Assembly: GCA_964016885.1 (NCBI GenBank) | Contig: OZ024743.1 | Coordinates: 43,524,001 to 43,588,000, forward strand | From: Eledone cirrhosa | Lineage: Eukaryota | DNA: 64,000 nt | Direction of reading: 5' to 3' | Shown here: piece after piece, positions 61,916 to 64,000 of the stretch | How positions within the stretch are numbered: position 1 is the first letter of the stretch | Layout: each line of letters begins with the position of its first letter | Made by a program: the position numbers and the translations under genes | The notes under the pieces: generated by a model | Told to the model about the DNA's origin: nothing | The model's input: the letters and a program-made list of their open reading frames with translations, nothing else | Database searches by the model: none

Positions 61916-62697
61916 TTATATTTATATATATATGTGTGGGTATGTGTGTGTGTGTTTGTCTCTGTGTGTATGTATATATGTGTGTGTTTGTAAGTATTTG
62001 CCTTTTTCCTTATACAGTGTTCGATGTATTTATCTTTTTAAATTTGGGATGATGATTGATTTAACAATTCTTCGTTGACAGACACGTAAATACAATGATA
62101 TATATGTCTTTGATAATCTGTCCTGATAGACCGTTTCATTTAAATTTCTACGATATAGTAGATGATTGCATGTGTATCTTTCTCCTGCTGCGGTTAAGAT
62201 ATGTGTAATTTAACAAATTGTCTTGATTGTAATCTGACTGGTTTACCATATTTGTCAGGCATGTTCATCAGCTGCACACTACATTCTTTCTTTTGCGTAA
62301 CATATTAGTTCAACCTCTACAAACGAAAGTTTACTGAATGTTTCGTGGTCAGAATAGCAAGTTGTTGCATTGATTTAATCGAAGAAACGGTTTGTTTAAG
62401 ATGATACACTTAAACAAATTGCAATCGCATCAACGTGTAAAGGCCTGCTGTCCTATGCATACTGAACTTCTCTCGAGATTCGGTAATAAACTTTCTTTCC
62501 GATACAACCTAGATGTTATACTCAACCAACAGTTTAATACCTTATTTCATTCATATTTCAGTAAACATGCCTCCTAATAAAATTGATATGCTTCCTTGGT
62601 TTTCGCTCCGAAATGAATTTATGTATTTTAAGATAGGAATGTGAAGATATATGAACACCATCTATATATGCGTGACGTGTCAAAATCCTTGTAAGAC

Positions 62698-62887
62698 ATA
62701 ATTGTTTCTACTTTTGGCACGAGGCCAGCAATTATCTCAGTGTATTACTGGTACTTTATTTTATCGACCTCGTAAGGATGAAAGGCAAAGTTAAGCTAGT
62801 CGGGATTTGAACTCAGACCAAAGGGCTGTAACACTTTGCTGCATAGCATGGCGTCCGACCCTCTACCGATACTGCCAATCCACCGCC
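62698..62887 (-). mobile_element. Full-length tRNA-derived SINE
   Basis: Reverse complement of the 56897 family. Confidence 0.9.
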
Positions 62888-63087
62888 ATGTAAGAAATAA
62901 TATTTCGTTTATAGTGTCGTATATTAATGTTTCCACATATCTACGTACATTCTGCAGTCTTCAAATGGATGTCGTTTAGAATCAATTTCTATTGGACGAT
63001 TTTATTGAACTAATGCGTATTTATTATATCATATTTCGTTTTCTTAACACAAGATTAAAGAGGATTAACGCTTTCATTCTTTATCTG

Positions 63088-63165
<78 letters not shown>

Positions 63166-63169
<4 letters not shown>

Positions 63170-64000
63170 TAAGTCGCTAGAATGATTAGATAAAATATAT
63201 ACAGTATTTCTCCTCCCAATCAGTATAATTCAGCCACACAAAAATCATGTAAACGAGGCTATGAGTTTAAAATGTACTTTTGAAGAAACAATAGATAAAT
63301 GATATAGTTTCTTATCCACGACGTATAGCTAAAAAATATTTACCTAATATTTCTATTAGCCTGTAGAAACTGACTAGACATATAGTTAACTACACATAAT
63401 TATGTACAAAATCAAAGTTAGAAGAAAAAATGTACATAACCCTTATCAAAATCTTCATAATATCTCTACCACCCGGCGGTTTCATTCCGTTTTTGGATAT
63501 ATACGATCTTGGATAAATCAACGAGGTTTGGAATTCATCAGGAGATAACTCAATTGGACAAAGATGTTTCTACCATGATCTCCGCCAGAAACGAATTCAA
63601 AATGGCTAAGAATCATCACGTGGCCAGTGGTCAAAGCAAAAAGTTTGTGACTGGCGCCTGTCGGCGAGTAGGCTGGATGCTAGAAGGCGCAGCTGCATAC
63701 TGCCTAAAGTTTTACTCAACCTTACGGGAGTATATAAACTAGACAAAGTCATAGATACATATATATGTTTTTGGCAACCATTCACAGTGTGGCTCAATGA
63801 AAAATTAATTAAATAATTAATAATAAGAGCAATATATAATCCTTAGATAAAATATATAAAGTATTTCTCCTCCCAATCAGTATAAATCAACCACACAAAA
63901 AATCATTTAAACGGAATGAACCCGTCGGGTGGTAGAGATATTATGAAGATTTTGATAAGGTTTATGTACATTTTCTTTTCTTCTAACTTTCATTTTGTAC
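63166..64000 (-). mobile_element. Family O ORF-less 657-bp monomer, partial repeat and inverted arm (runs off the window)
   Basis: 63186-63254 repeats at 63843-63913; 63909-64000 is the reverse complement of ~63403-63492. Confidence 0.8.
63461..63547 (-). ncRNA. Hammerhead ribozyme (family O)
   Basis: TATCTC-CTGATGA-ATTCC..~40 nt..GGAAT-GAAA-CC(GCCGGGT)GG-TA^GAGATA. Confidence 0.85.

Overview
AT-rich, repeat-saturated animal intergenic or intronic DNA. The SINE and MITE families suggest a cephalopod such as octopus; this is an inference. I found no recognisable host gene, and most listed ORFs are (TA)n, (TG)n or (GA)n artefacts. The window is dominated by decayed Penelope-like elements (PLEs; RT plus GIY-YIG) and non-coding modules inserted into (TA)n microsatellites. 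It also holds RTE, CRE, R4 and CR1 LINE fragments, tRNA-derived SINEs, a Tc1 fragment, a piggyBac-type MITE and a Helitron-like element. Main finding: manual folding shows about 15 sequence-unrelated families of type I hammerhead ribozyme (HHR) motifs, several supported by compensatory changes, with core variants (U3-A8, A4/C4) and large stem II insertions. Four sit in ORF-less 470-660 bp head-to-tail monomers resembling retrozymes (circular-RNA elements). Most insertions are fold-backs with both 3' ends facing (TA)n, and several junctions map to the ribozyme itself. All structures were folded by eye and are untested.
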